The notes: a model not told the origin generated them from the letters alone. Shown: positions 8,236-17,290, counted from the first letter of the stretch. The stretch: 39,997 nt of DNA from a virus (IMGVR_UViG_3300049215_000227:1-39997); one strand, 5' to 3'. Program-made: numbers and translations.

Positions 8236-9880
8236 TACTACCTCCTTCAGGCTTAGGTACCTTAGGCGCATGTACTTGCTTGAAGGTGTCTATTCTCTTC
8301 ATTCTATCAGCTACTTCCGGTGGGTGCTTAGCCACTAGGGAATGTATATCTGGCTTGGATATCGGTGCCGCTTTCTGCTGCTGAAACTTCTTAGCTCCAA
8401 CTCTGAGCTCGTGCGGGATCTGATCCTGCGCTCTCATCGCTGTCTGCTGCAATCCGCGAATCTTGTTCCCAGCGTGCGTGGCGAACGACGCCTGACTTGG
8501 ATGATCGTGATTGTAGTCATTGATAGCCTGCATAAGTCCATGCATCCCTGCTTCATGAAGCATCCCAAGGTCAACATCGCCCTTCTTGTGGTCAAGGCCA
8601 AGCTTGTTGAGAACCTTGTGAGCACTCATAGCGATCAGCGGGTGATATTTCTGGAAGAAGGCATCAACTTTAGCTTTCTTAGCAGGATCCTTAAGTGAAG
8701 GATGCTCACCAAGCACGCGCTGAACATCTGCTTTCGAACCTTCATCATAGTTTGCCATCTCCTCGAGATTCGCTGGCTTCTTAGCCTTCTTCTCGTAGTC
8801 CTTACCGTATTGCTCAAGGAATGCCTTGTTGCCTGCGGCAAAAGATGACGATGGGTCTTGGGTCATAGAACCAACAGTTCCCTCTTCACCTTTAGTTCCG
8901 CCAGCGTGCTGCAGAGCTTCCTCAGTAGACATAGGAGTCTCAGCTTGCGCTCCGCCAGTGAGAACGTGTCTGATCGCCTCGTCTTTAGCAGCTGCATGAA
9001 CATCCTTAGCGCCGAGTCCCTTCTTATGGGCCTCGCTATGGATCTTTGCTGCGTTTGCTAAGTAGTCAGGATTCTGCTTGTGCCAGTCGCTCTCGAACTT
9101 ACTGTCCATCTCCATCTGAGTGATTGGATCAGCACCTTGATACTCTGGAGAAGCTTGCATAGCAGCATAAGCATCTTGATGAGCTTTGTGCGCAGTATTG
9201 CGAGCTTCAACTAGCTTACCTTCATGGTGCAGAACTGGGTTCTTGTGAGCTTCAGCCTCAAGACGCGTCTTCTCGCGAGCTCTCTGCTCCCAAGGACGAG
9301 TGTACTGGCGCATCTCCGCAATGTCTTCCCTTGACGGCTGCGGAAATCTGCCCTCGCTTACTGGGGCTTCTTTGGCTGGCGCTTGCGGCGCGACTTCAAC
9401 TGGACTACCTTCTGCTCCACCTTCTGGACTTCCTTCTTCTCCCACAGGTTCAGCTTCTGCAGCAGGCTCTTCATCCAGTTCAGGCTCTTGCTGATGAGAC
9501 TCTTCATCTTCATCAGGACCATATTCTTCATAGTATTTAGGTTCATCTTCGTCTTCCTCCGTTGACCTCTGTGGGTCGTGTTCCTGCAGCCACTTGTCTG
9601 CATCGTCGCCCTCTTCAGGGTCGAACTCTCTAAAACCTTGTTCTTCTAGATTTTCCCCCTCGTCATCTGGATCGGAAGGTTCATCGGATAGACGTCTGCG
9701 AGCCTTTAACAAAACGGCTTCAAGTGCTTCAAAATCTTCGGACTTAGTCATCTTCTGGTAGATGCTGTTGACAAGAGCCCAGTAGCGATCGCCATCAGAC
9801 TCGGAAAGAGTCTTGTTCGCTGCCTTCTTGGCCTTTGACCAACGAGCTTCATCTGCTGGAGTTTTAATGAACGCTGGCAT
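8228..9880 (-). CDS. Low-complexity protein with a C-terminal sigma-70 region-2-like domain (no region 4)
   Basis: FQKYHPLIAMSAHKVL...DLGMLHEAGMHGLMQAINDYN...ASFATHAGNKIRGLQQTAMR matches the FliA/sigma-28-type region-2 pattern (PLV..IA...DDLIQAG.IGL..A...YD......F.TYA..RIRG). Confidence 0.7.
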   Translation of the reverse strand: MPAFIKTPADEARWSKAKKAANKTLSESDGDRYWALVNSIYQKMTKSEDFEALEAVLLKARRRLSDEPSDPDDEGENLEEQGFREFDPEEGDDADKWLQEHDPQRSTEEDEDEPKYYEEYGPDEDEESHQQEPELDEEPAAEAEPVGEEGSPEGGAEGSPVEVAPQAPAKEAPVSEGRFPQPSREDIAEMRQYTRPWEQRAREKTRLEAEAHKNPVLHHEGKLVEARNTAHKAHQDAYAAMQASPEYQGADPITQMEMDSKFESDWHKQNPDYLANAAKIHSEAHKKGLGAKDVHAAAKDEAIRHVLTGGAQAETPMSTEEALQHAGGTKGEEGTVGSMTQDPSSSFAAGNKAFLEQYGKDYEKKAKKPANLEEMANYDEGSKADVQRVLGEHPSLKDPAKKAKVDAFFQKYHPLIAMSAHKVLNKLGLDHKKGDVDLGMLHEAGMHGLMQAINDYNHDHPSQASFATHAGNKIRGLQQTAMRAQDQIPHELRVGAKKFQQQKAAPISKPDIHSLVAKHPPEVADRMKRIDTFKQVHAPKVPKPEGGSNE

Positions 9881-11073
9881 TACTTCTTCTTGCCTTTCGC
9901 TGCGTGCTCATGAATTGCAGCCTTCAAGTCGTCTGGGATTTGACTCCAGATCTTGTCGTCCATAGGAGAACCTTCTGGCGGCTTGCTCAAGTCCATAGTA
10001 GGCTTAGATGCCTGCGCTTTTGGAGCTGGAGCAGCAACTTCCGCTTGCTTAGGTGCTTCTGCCTTTGGAGCAGGAGCTTCGGCGGGCGCAGCCGCAGGAA
10101 CGGCTTTGTGGTGAGGCATCTCTGTAAGAGGAATTCCCTCGTACACGTGACCAGGCTTCTTAGTTCCGCGAGCCTTATAAGCTTCTGGATCAGCTGCGTG
10201 CTTTGCCTTCTGATCAGCCAGCCACTTCTTGTGATGCTCAGAATCCGCCCAACCAGAGAGACCAGCGTTAATCGCTTCATGATGCTCTGGTCCAAGCTCG
10301 TGCTGAGGCACGTCAGCGTGCTGATGAACGGGGTGAGCGTCAAACGGATGCGGCACATACTCTTTCACTTCGCCAACATCTTCAATAGGCAAGTATGCTT
10401 GACCAGCATCGCGCTTCATTGGAGATCCAAGTTGAACCTCCTCGAAGGGATATCCGCCTTTGTGAGGCATCTTTTCAACAGCAGTATGACCAGGATGTGG
10501 TGGCATCTCAAGGTAGCGATAGTCAGGAACAGCTCTTGGATTTCTCTCGCGGTTAGCGTTTGGAGCTGGACGACGACCGAGATCCTTGGTGCCTTCCTTG
10601 AGCTTGCCATTGTGAGCGTGACGCTCTGTTCCAGTGTAGTTTGTTTCCCACGGAGTCATGCTTGGATAATCAAGCGTAAGATTGCCACCAGAGTGCTTGC
10701 TAGCTCTTCCAGCTAGATGCATCAGGGGAACGATCTTGTTGAGATGCTGATCTGCGATGCCGCGAAGCTTTGCCTTCTCCTTGGGATCAGTAGCAGCATG
10801 ATGTGCCTTTAGCGCACCTTGATAGTGAGAGATGTGGTGACCAAGTGCATCACGAAGTTGTTCAACGTGAACAGGCTTCATACCTGCCGCATATGACGTG
10901 ATGGCGTGGTTTGCGCCACGACCCATCGCCGCAGAAGGTTCAGCCATCTTTAGCAACGCCTCGACAACCTCCTCAGCAATGAGGTCATCTTTAGCGTACT
11001 TGATCAATGTCTGTAAGTAGGGATTGCCATCCGCCTTTTTAAGAAGGATTTCCCTGAAACTCTTGAGTTCCAT
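9880..11073 (-). CDS. Hypothetical protein, putative internal head protein
   Basis: 397 aa, His/Pro/Ala-rich, with N-terminal ELKS/LLKKA motifs; translationally coupled to the sigma-R2 gene. Confidence 0.7.
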   Translation of the reverse strand: MELKSFREILLKKADGNPYLQTLIKYAKDDLIAEEVVEALLKMAEPSAAMGRGANHAITSYAAGMKPVHVEQLRDALGHHISHYQGALKAHHAATDPKEKAKLRGIADQHLNKIVPLMHLAGRASKHSGGNLTLDYPSMTPWETNYTGTERHAHNGKLKEGTKDLGRRPAPNANRERNPRAVPDYRYLEMPPHPGHTAVEKMPHKGGYPFEEVQLGSPMKRDAGQAYLPIEDVGEVKEYVPHPFDAHPVHQHADVPQHELGPEHHEAINAGLSGWADSEHHKKWLADQKAKHAADPEAYKARGTKKPGHVYEGIPLTEMPHHKAVPAAAPAEAPAPKAEAPKQAEVAAPAPKAQASKPTMDLSKPPEGSPMDDKIWSQIPDDLKAAIHEHAAKGKKK

Positions 11074-11085
11074 GAGAGACTCCTA

Positions 11086-11454
11086 TTAAGGCGATTCACC
11101 AGTTCCAACAGGCTCATTAAGGAGGTTGAAAGGATTAGGTTGTAGTCTTGGGCGGTCTACGTCTCTTGCAACCTGAACAAACGCGGACGCGGCGCCGATC
11201 ACAACAGTAATCGTGTTGAGACCAGTATCCTTCGTGCTGCCCGTTCCGGTGTTGAAGAGCATTATCTCGCCAGAACTCATCGTCGCAGCAAGAACGCCGT
11301 CAATGGTGACAGTAGTAGCGCCGGTAGCCCTTACCCTGAACGTAGTCCATTTAGGAAGAACTAGGGTACCAGTATTATTGGTGATTTGCTCTTCCCACAG
11401 TAGAGCTGTCTCTGCAACTCTTAAATTTTCGCTTACGACGTTGGATGTTTTCAT
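11086..11454 (-). CDS. Small beta-rich hypothetical protein, possible capsid decoration protein
   Basis: 122 aa, Thr/Val-rich, AGGAG Shine-Dalgarno, own GGTATAAT box at 11483-11490. Confidence 0.65.
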   Translation of the reverse strand: MKTSNVVSENLRVAETALLWEEQITNNTGTLVLPKWTTFRVRATGATTVTIDGVLAATMSSGEIMLFNTGTGSTKDTGLNTITVVIGAASAFVQVARDVDRPRLQPNPFNLLNEPVGTGESP

Positions 11455-11482
11455 CGTTTCTCCTAATAGTTAACCTAGAACC

Positions 11483-11490
11483 ATTATACC
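11483..11490 (-). promoter_or_regulatory. -10 element GGTATAAT
   Basis: attatacc on + strand in the intergenic gap upstream of the 11454 gene. Confidence 0.6.
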
Positions 11491-11516
11491 GGAAAGACGA
11501 CTTAAAAACCCGACTT

Positions 11517-11738
11517 TTAGACCTTCAGGAAGAGAGGTCCGGCGTGCACTATTTGACCTTGAGTTAAGGTTGTTTGCAGAGTTATAGAACCATAAGTAAC
11601 TTGAACATAGCCACCAGCTCCGCCACCACCACCGCCGACTAAAGTAACGTGGCAAAGTTGACCGTTGATGTATACAACAGGTCCCCTAGCCGACTTAATA
11701 CCTAAGTTAACTAGAAGGTTGCGTAGACTGGCTCGCAC
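11517..11738 (-). CDS. Possible small glycine-rich protein (73 aa)
   Basis: GTG 11738 gives MRASLRNLLVNLGIKSARGPVVYINGQLCHVTLVGGGGGGAGGYVQV...; it fills an otherwise empty gap. Weak Shine-Dalgarno. Confidence 0.4.
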   Translation of the reverse strand: MRASLRNLLVNLGIKSARGPVVYINGQLCHVTLVGGGGGGAGGYVQVTYGSITLQTTLTQGQIVHAGPLFLKV

Positions 11739-12294
11739 TTCGTCTGAAGATCTCAAAGAGCGACTTGCGTAGACGATTTTTTGGGGTGATGCCGAGTGGC
11801 TCGAAGAGCTTTTCGTACTTAGCGATCTCGTCCCACGCTTCCTGCTCTGTCGCCCACTGAAGATCTTCGTCAGCTTCGATTTCGATGAAGCGACGGAGTT
11901 CCTTAAGTTCTTTGTCATAAACGACATAGTAGACCACCACCACCTTATCAACCCAATAGATCTTACAGGTCTTATAGATGCCAAAGTTGTGCTTGTAGCT
12001 TAGGAGATCAACAAACGCGGTTACTGTCTTAAGATTATCCCCAGCCGTAGGAACGTTAACTTCAATGCGCTCGTTGTTATTCTTGTCGTTGACTTTCCTC
12101 TTGATCGTCAACTCACCGCGACCATCATGGTATCTGTACCTGATGAAGTTACCTTCGGCGTTCGTGAAGTAGTCGTCGTACGAACTCACCATCATCTTCT
12201 TACGGATGTTGGGGAGAGCTTCTACAAGCTCCTCAAACTTGGCCATCTCGATACCGGCCGCGTCGTACTTAAACTCGATCTCCTTAAAATGCAT
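11707..12294 (-). CDS. CYTH-domain protein (class IV adenylate cyclase / triphosphate tunnel metalloenzyme)
   Basis: N-terminal ExExK (EIEFKY), D.YF, IRYR, LTIK, R.E and FIEIE motifs. Confidence 0.85.
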   Translation of the reverse strand: MHFKEIEFKYDAAGIEMAKFEELVEALPNIRKKMMVSSYDDYFTNAEGNFIRYRYHDGRGELTIKRKVNDKNNNERIEVNVPTAGDNLKTVTAFVDLLSYKHNFGIYKTCKIYWVDKVVVVYYVVYDKELKELRRFIEIEADEDLQWATEQEAWDEIAKYEKLFEPLGITPKNRLRKSLFEIFRRSASQSTQPSS

Positions 12295-12296
12295 AA

Positions 12297-13100
12297 CTAC
12301 TCGTTTTTAATGAGTGGTCCTTTGTGCCAGGAACCACATTTCGTACATTGCAATCGTACATACTTGCGTCCTTCCGTGAATCTAGTACCTTGCCTAATGA
12401 AATGCGTACTTCCGCAGGAGCAAACAATGTCGTAATTTGGTTTCGAAAAAACTGCCGACGGCTTGAACCACGGACGCAACTTTAAGTACGCTTCTTCTGT
12501 AGAGAGAACGTCATACTTATTGTAAAGTTCCATCTCATCCCAAGCTTCATCGCTATTATTCAGCATGATCTCGCGATGCTTCTCGAAGCCTGGAAACTTA
12601 ACGTTCTTAACGAGCTTCTTGTACTTTTCGTTGATGGTGGAAGAGATGTATTCCAGCTTAGTACTGGTCATCTTCATGCGATAACGAGTAACGTCAAGGA
12701 GGTCGAAGTGAGCTACCTCTTTCGGTATCACGATTTTGCTGCCTACCTGCATCAAGCGTCCGTTGATGGTAGGAATGTCAAATCGCTTGCCGTTTTGAGT
12801 AACAACGGCATCAGCCTCTATGATCAACTTTGCTAGCTTCTCAACGATCTCTTTGTCGTTTGTGCTGACAGCGGCATACTGTCCTTTAACCTTCTTAACC
12901 TTCTGTTGCCCAGCAAACATGATCTTATCTTCGCCCAGCCATTTAGCTGCCCAGCACAAGATGAAACCATCTTCTACGATCTGATTTAAACCGTGATTTT
13001 GATCGAACAATCCAAAGCCGTATACCAAGATCGGAGCCGTCTCGATATCCAACACTAATATCTTTTCTTTTTTGTTAGAGATCTGCTTCTTTTTTGCCAT
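12297..13100 (-). CDS. DnaQ/RNase H-like 3'-5' exonuclease with C-terminal Zn ribbon
   Basis: ExoI LDIET, ExoII QNGKRFD, ExoIII YNKYDV; C-terminal CSC...CTKC. Confidence 0.85.
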   Translation of the reverse strand: MAKKKQISNKKEKILVLDIETAPILVYGFGLFDQNHGLNQIVEDGFILCWAAKWLGEDKIMFAGQQKVKKVKGQYAAVSTNDKEIVEKLAKLIIEADAVVTQNGKRFDIPTINGRLMQVGSKIVIPKEVAHFDLLDVTRYRMKMTSTKLEYISSTINEKYKKLVKNVKFPGFEKHREIMLNNSDEAWDEMELYNKYDVLSTEEAYLKLRPWFKPSAVFSKPNYDIVCSCGSTHFIRQGTRFTEGRKYVRLQCTKCGSWHKGPLIKNE

Positions 13101-13103
13101 TAC

Positions 13104-13763
13104 TTATTCCTCGATATCCAGCGAGTGCAATATCTCTCGGAACACCTGGTCGATGTCCTTACCGTCAACAGAGATGGTGTGGGTATTGAACGCTTGAGAC
13201 ATCTCGTCCATATAGGTCGAGACAGTTTGCATGAAGGAGTTTCCTCTTGCTTCCATTGCGTCGCCAGCGGCGAATTCTTGCTTTGCTTGCTGCGCTTTCT
13301 TAAGGCCAGAAGAGGTATCTCCCTTAAGATAGATTATACTGTCATATACGCCATCAACAAGGGCATCTTCACCTGGAGAGGTGACATATCTCGCGAGGAT
13401 GGCAAGCATCTCTGTGTCGTTACCGCACGCCGTTCCGTAAGCCAAACCAGACAGAATGCCGCGATCCTGGACGATGAAGTCATACTCATTGAGAGCTGGA
13501 AGGATTACCTTCTCGAGGTGAATGGATCTGATTGCTTGGCTGATTAACTCTCTAGCAGGAGCAGTGAGTTGCTCGTCGTACTGCTTGTCGAGCATGATTC
13601 CTCGCAGCTGCATAGTGAGCGGCGCGTGAGGTGTGCCAGGCTCCTTCGTCTGCAAGACTTTATAGCCTTTAGCTCGTAGATGATCAACCAACTTTTGAGT
13701 CTGAGTAGTCTTGCCGACGCCCTCAGTCCCCTCGAAACACACGTATCTTGCCTTCTTCGTCAT
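13104..13763 (-). CDS. tmk: Thymidylate kinase
   Basis: P-loop FEGTEGVGKTTQ, TKEPG and DR motifs typical of dTMP kinases. Confidence 0.9.
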   Translation of the reverse strand: MTKKARYVCFEGTEGVGKTTQTQKLVDHLRAKGYKVLQTKEPGTPHAPLTMQLRGIMLDKQYDEQLTAPARELISQAIRSIHLEKVILPALNEYDFIVQDRGILSGLAYGTACGNDTEMLAILARYVTSPGEDALVDGVYDSIIYLKGDTSSGLKKAQQAKQEFAAGDAMEARGNSFMQTVSTYMDEMSQAFNTHTISVDGKDIDQVFREILHSLDIEE

Positions 13764-13769
13764 GAAGGA

Positions 13770-13776
13770 ATTATAC
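13770..13776 (-). promoter_or_regulatory. -10 element GTATAAT 6 nt before the tmk ATG (leaderless)
   Basis: GTATAAT-TCCTTC-ATG; no Shine-Dalgarno. Confidence 0.65.
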
Positions 13777-13781
13777 GTACG

Positions 13782-14249
13782 TTATCTCTTTGCTACGTTA
13801 GATAGGGTGAGGACGTTGGTGTTTTGAGCGGCATTCGTCCAGTCAGTTTGCTGGGTACTGCCTTGGCCTACAGCTGGAGCGATGTAACCAGAAGTAGCGA
13901 CGCCAGAAGTTCCACCTGCACCGGCCACAGCCTGAGAGCCAGAAATAGAGATCCATCCAGAACCATTAGAGTACGGCACTTGACCGCACTTGGTGCAAGC
14001 AGGATGGCTAGTGCCGCCCCAATTTTGGGGATAGTTGTGTCCAAGCCCGTCAGTACACGGATATTGAACTTGAAGAGATCCACCACCTATGAAAGGCTGA
14101 TATGGAACATTAACGATTCCTGGGTACACAAGTCGTTCGGCTTCCAACCTAGATACCTTACTTTCAAGCTCCTGGATGACAGCACCCTTCAACTGAAGGA
14201 GCTTCTCAAGAGCTTCGACTTGCTGCTCTAGAATCTCTTCCTTGGTCAT
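13782..14249 (-). CDS. Hypothetical protein (N-terminal coiled coil, Cys/His motif, Gly-rich tail)
   Basis: ORF 13782..14291; ATG 14249 preferred because it directly follows the stop of the upstream small ORF. Confidence 0.6.
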   Translation of the reverse strand: MTKEEILEQQVEALEKLLQLKGAVIQELESKVSRLEAERLVYPGIVNVPYQPFIGGGSLQVQYPCTDGLGHNYPQNWGGTSHPACTKCGQVPYSNGSGWISISGSQAVAGAGGTSGVATSGYIAPAVGQGSTQQTDWTNAAQNTNVLTLSNVAKR

Positions 14250-14250
14250 G

Positions 14251-14418
14251 TTATCCCAAGATGTTGCGAACGACGTTTCCCACGAGATCAAGACCTAACT
14301 TGATAACGCCATGACCGAAGTATCCAACAAGGATACCAGCCAGAAGCGGGGAGAATCCGTACAGTTTTTGAGCCAAAGACTTCAATGTTGCCAAAGCGGC
14401 GAGTAGTTTTGCTTTCAT
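14251..14418 (-). CDS. Small membrane protein (55 aa)
   Basis: Manual translation MKAKLLAALATLKSLAQKLYGFSPLLAGILVGYFGHGVIKLGLDLVGNVVRNILG*; TATAAT 6 nt upstream; below the ORF-track length cutoff. Confidence 0.7.
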   Translation of the reverse strand: MKAKLLAALATLKSLAQKLYGFSPLLAGILVGYFGHGVIKLGLDLVGNVVRNILG

Positions 14419-14424
14419 ACAACC

Positions 14425-14432
14425 ATTATACC
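14425..14432 (-). promoter_or_regulatory. -10 element GGTATAAT 6 nt before ATG 14418 (leaderless)
   Basis: GGTATAAT-GGTTGT-ATG immediately after the capsid terminator. Confidence 0.65.
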
Positions 14433-14435
14433 CGG

Positions 14436-14474
14436 AAAAGTGAAAGGGCCAGCATCTTGCGATGCCAGCCCTTT
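14436..14474 (-). terminator. Rho-independent terminator after the major capsid gene
   Basis: AAAGGGC-TG-GCATC-GCAA-GATGC-TG-GCCCTTT stem with a GCAA tetraloop, followed by CACTTTT. Confidence 0.8.
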
Positions 14475-14504
14475 AAACTACGCTTTTATTGCGTTGGATG
14501 GAGC

Positions 14505-15950
14505 TTATTTACCGATGTTACGGAACAAGCAGTTGAAGCGTGGGGTGTACACGAACAACGCACCGTACATAACGATCGCGAACTCAAGAGCGGTCGTCAC
14601 AATCGCGAAGTTGATCTTCGAGAGAGGAGCGAGCTGCTTGAAGCGCATGCACTCAGCGCTCATATCGAGCAAGAATGCTTCGCCAAGTCCTGGGAGTTGA
14701 GCATTAGCACTGATGTAGTTACCTGCACCAGCGTTTGCCCAGTTACCAGCAAACTTCTCAGTTCCAGCAGCGCCGCCAGCAGCGGAGATGTAGAACTTCC
14801 AGTACTTAACGCCAGCAGGCACGGAACCGATTGCAACAGTGATGTTGCTTGCGGAAGCGAGCACGCAGTCAGCGGAAGATACTGGCGAAGATTCACCAGA
14901 GTCATTCACAGCCGTAACCTTCACCTTATAGGTACCAGCTGCGAAGCCAGATCCTGAACCAGCGGAGGTTGCAGTTGCCGTGAAGGTAGCTGCAGGGCTT
15001 TGCGCATTAACAGCAAGCGAGCGAACGCCGCTGCGAGGACGCAAGAAGAGGTTTGGCTTGAGGTCGATCGCGCCAGCGGTGGTTTGCACCTTGGACACGT
15101 CGTAGCCAACCGTTTGGTTAGCAAGACCAGGAGCCGAACGGAACTGAGGATAGAACTGCTTCACGAAGGCCGAGAGAGCGGCTGGTTCGATGTGCAACTG
15201 ATCCGGAGCGCCGAAGTTTTCAAGAGCGATAACAGCAAGACGTTCGATGTCGTCTTGAGCCATCACTTGACCAGCGAGGTCAGCCTGGATAGAGCTGGAG
15301 TCGCCATATCCAAGGAAGTCACCGGCTTGCATTTGAGCATCGGTGTCGCCCTTTTGGAGCTGCTTCAACAGACCGCTCATCGCGATGCTGTTCACTGGAA
15401 GGTCGGCATCAGAACCGGTTTCAGCGCCAGTGGACTGATTCATGAAGTGAGCATGACCCCAATAGAGCTCGCGCTCGATATTCTTGAGGAGATGCATCGT
15501 GCCTTCTTTTGCCTGTTGAGCAACGATGTCGCCAACAGTGACACGGACGAGAGTCATCTGGTGAGAGACCCTACGGCGAGTGCCGAAGAACACGATCTTC
15601 TGACCGTCACGTACGTAGGTCGAATCTTCCTCTTGAGGAGCTCCGCCTTCGCCGATGTACGGAACAGAATCAGAACCGTAGCTGATCAAACGGTTGTACT
15701 GTTCGAATAGGTTGTATGCTTTGTCAACCGAGATGGCTGGCCAGAACTTGAGGTTCTTCATGTCGAAGGTGATGCTCTTGAGGGTAGCCTCGAGAGATTC
15801 AGCCTGCAACACACCACCATAAGTGAGGTCAGTTGGCTTACCAGCACCACCGTAACCGGCGGTGATAGCCTTATTCAGTGACTCGATGTCCGATGCGGAA
15901 ACGAGACCCTGATCGAGGCCTTGCAAAACTTGATTAATTGCGTCGTTCAT
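14505..15950 (-). CDS. Major capsid protein (SPO1/Twort-like HK97 fold) with Ig/FN3-like insertion
   Basis: N-terminal NKAITAGYG...LQAESLEATLKSITF, EQYNR and EGGAP motifs of Herelleviridae-type capsids; TYKVKVTAVNDSGES; position after protease and scaffold; terminator downstream. Confidence 0.92.
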   Translation of the reverse strand: MNDAINQVLQGLDQGLVSASDIESLNKAITAGYGGAGKPTDLTYGGVLQAESLEATLKSITFDMKNLKFWPAISVDKAYNLFEQYNRLISYGSDSVPYIGEGGAPQEEDSTYVRDGQKIVFFGTRRRVSHQMTLVRVTVGDIVAQQAKEGTMHLLKNIERELYWGHAHFMNQSTGAETGSDADLPVNSIAMSGLLKQLQKGDTDAQMQAGDFLGYGDSSSIQADLAGQVMAQDDIERLAVIALENFGAPDQLHIEPAALSAFVKQFYPQFRSAPGLANQTVGYDVSKVQTTAGAIDLKPNLFLRPRSGVRSLAVNAQSPAATFTATATSAGSGSGFAAGTYKVKVTAVNDSGESSPVSSADCVLASASNITVAIGSVPAGVKYWKFYISAAGGAAGTEKFAGNWANAGAGNYISANAQLPGLGEAFLLDMSAECMRFKQLAPLSKINFAIVTTALEFAIVMYGALFVYTPRFNCLFRNIGK

Positions 15951-15968
15951 TTTCGTTCTCTCCTTTGA

Positions 15969-16865
15969 TTACGAAATCTTGTATTTGGCTGCGATCTTTG
16001 CGAGATCTTGTCCCATTTCAGCTCTGGTGATATCCAGAGAGTCAACCTTGGTTCCAGACTTCTTCAGCTCAAAGAGCTTGGAAGCAACATCTGCTTTGGA
16101 AAGAGGTTCGCCACCGTCTTCATCGCTCTTGCGAAGAGGAACAGCATTAGCGGTCACGCCCTTAGCAGGAACAGGTTGATCTGCAATCTTGTTAACGAGA
16201 TTGAGAATCGTGGACAGCTTGTCTTCGAGAGGCTTTACTCTCTCTTCAACAAAGCTCTTCATCAATGCTTCAGTCTCTTCTTGGGACTTCTTCAGTCCAT
16301 GCATAACAAGCTTTTGAACGTCAGCGTCGACTTCTTCAGGACTTTTGTTCTCGCCCTTTTTCATTCCAGCGAGATCTGCGAGCTTACCAATAGCCTTCTT
16401 TTCTTCGGCTTCATGGCGCTCTCCGCCCTTAGCGTCCTTGTTCTTTTTCTTCTTGTCGTCTTCGTCTTCGTCGTCGGCCTTAGCAACCTTATGCTGGGTT
16501 TCACCAGGATCAGATTCGCTGTTCTTGCCGCTCATGTCACGCTTCTTACCTTCGTGAGAACCGTGCTCAGGACCTTGTCCGTGTTCCATGCCTTCACCAG
16601 CAACTGGCTTGTGCTTGCCACCATCTGGATCAGACTGACGATTGTGGCCTTCTGCCTTTTCAGCATCTTCGCCTTCGTCTTCGTCCTTGTCTTTGTCTTC
16701 CTTCTTAGCGTGCAAGTCGCCATTAGAAGGCTTGCCGGCGATTCCTTCGCCCGGACCTTTAACTTCGATCTCAGCAGCACTGAAGCGAGACTTCTTAAGC
16801 TCTTCAAGCTCGAGAAGCGTCTCGTCGATCAGGTCTGTGAGGCTCTTTCTTAGTTCCTCTTTCAT
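15969..16865 (-). CDS. Capsid scaffolding protein
   Basis: Highly charged 298-aa protein directly upstream of the capsid gene with about ten K-[S/A/G] sites. Confidence 0.7.
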   Translation of the reverse strand: MKEELRKSLTDLIDETLLELEELKKSRFSAAEIEVKGPGEGIAGKPSNGDLHAKKEDKDKDEDEGEDAEKAEGHNRQSDPDGGKHKPVAGEGMEHGQGPEHGSHEGKKRDMSGKNSESDPGETQHKVAKADDEDEDDKKKKNKDAKGGERHEAEEKKAIGKLADLAGMKKGENKSPEEVDADVQKLVMHGLKKSQEETEALMKSFVEERVKPLEDKLSTILNLVNKIADQPVPAKGVTANAVPLRKSDEDGGEPLSKADVASKLFELKKSGTKVDSLDITRAEMGQDLAKIAAKYKIS

Positions 16866-16894
16866 GTTAACTCCTCGTTAAATGATAGACCCGA

Positions 16895-17290
16895 TTACTG
16901 TCCCATTCCAAGCAAATCAGCGTCGCCGCGTAGACGAGCAATCTGAGGATGCGTAGAATCTGCGATGATAATGTCGTTGGCCATGCCAGACATCATCTGA
17001 AGCACTTGTGCAGCAACAGCGCTATCAATAACGCCGCCGACCGTGCCAGCAGTACCAGCGCCAGTCAGAACGAGTTGTCCTGGGTTAGCGATGCCGATGC
17101 CAAGGTATGGAGAAACAGTAGGATCTACACCACCTTGAGGGGACTGAATCGATGCCAACTGATAGCTGATCGTGAGATCGTTCGAGCCGTTTTCAATAAC
17201 GACGGACGAAGCAGTCTGCGAGTTAACAGTAAGCCCAAGCACCTGCGCGTTGCGAGCGAGCTTGTTCATAATTGCAGTTACGTTTGCCAT
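16895..17290 (-). CDS. Hypothetical head-associated protein
   Basis: 131 aa between protease and scaffold; AAGGAG Shine-Dalgarno. Confidence 0.7.
   Translation of the reverse strand: MANVTAIMNKLARNAQVLGLTVNSQTASSVVIENGSNDLTISYQLASIQSPQGGVDPTVSPYLGIGIANPGQLVLTGAGTAGTVGGVIDSAVAAQVLQMMSGMANDIIIADSTHPQIARLRGDADLLGMGQ

Noticed and set aside
11517-11984. Programmed frameshift extending CYTH into the glycine-rich frame
   Set aside because: No canonical slippery site with a downstream structure was found; an independent GTG start at 11738 is a simpler explanation.
14251-14418. Holin call for the 55-aa membrane protein
   Set aside because: Only hydrophobicity supports it; there is no adjacent endolysin or charged C-terminal tail.
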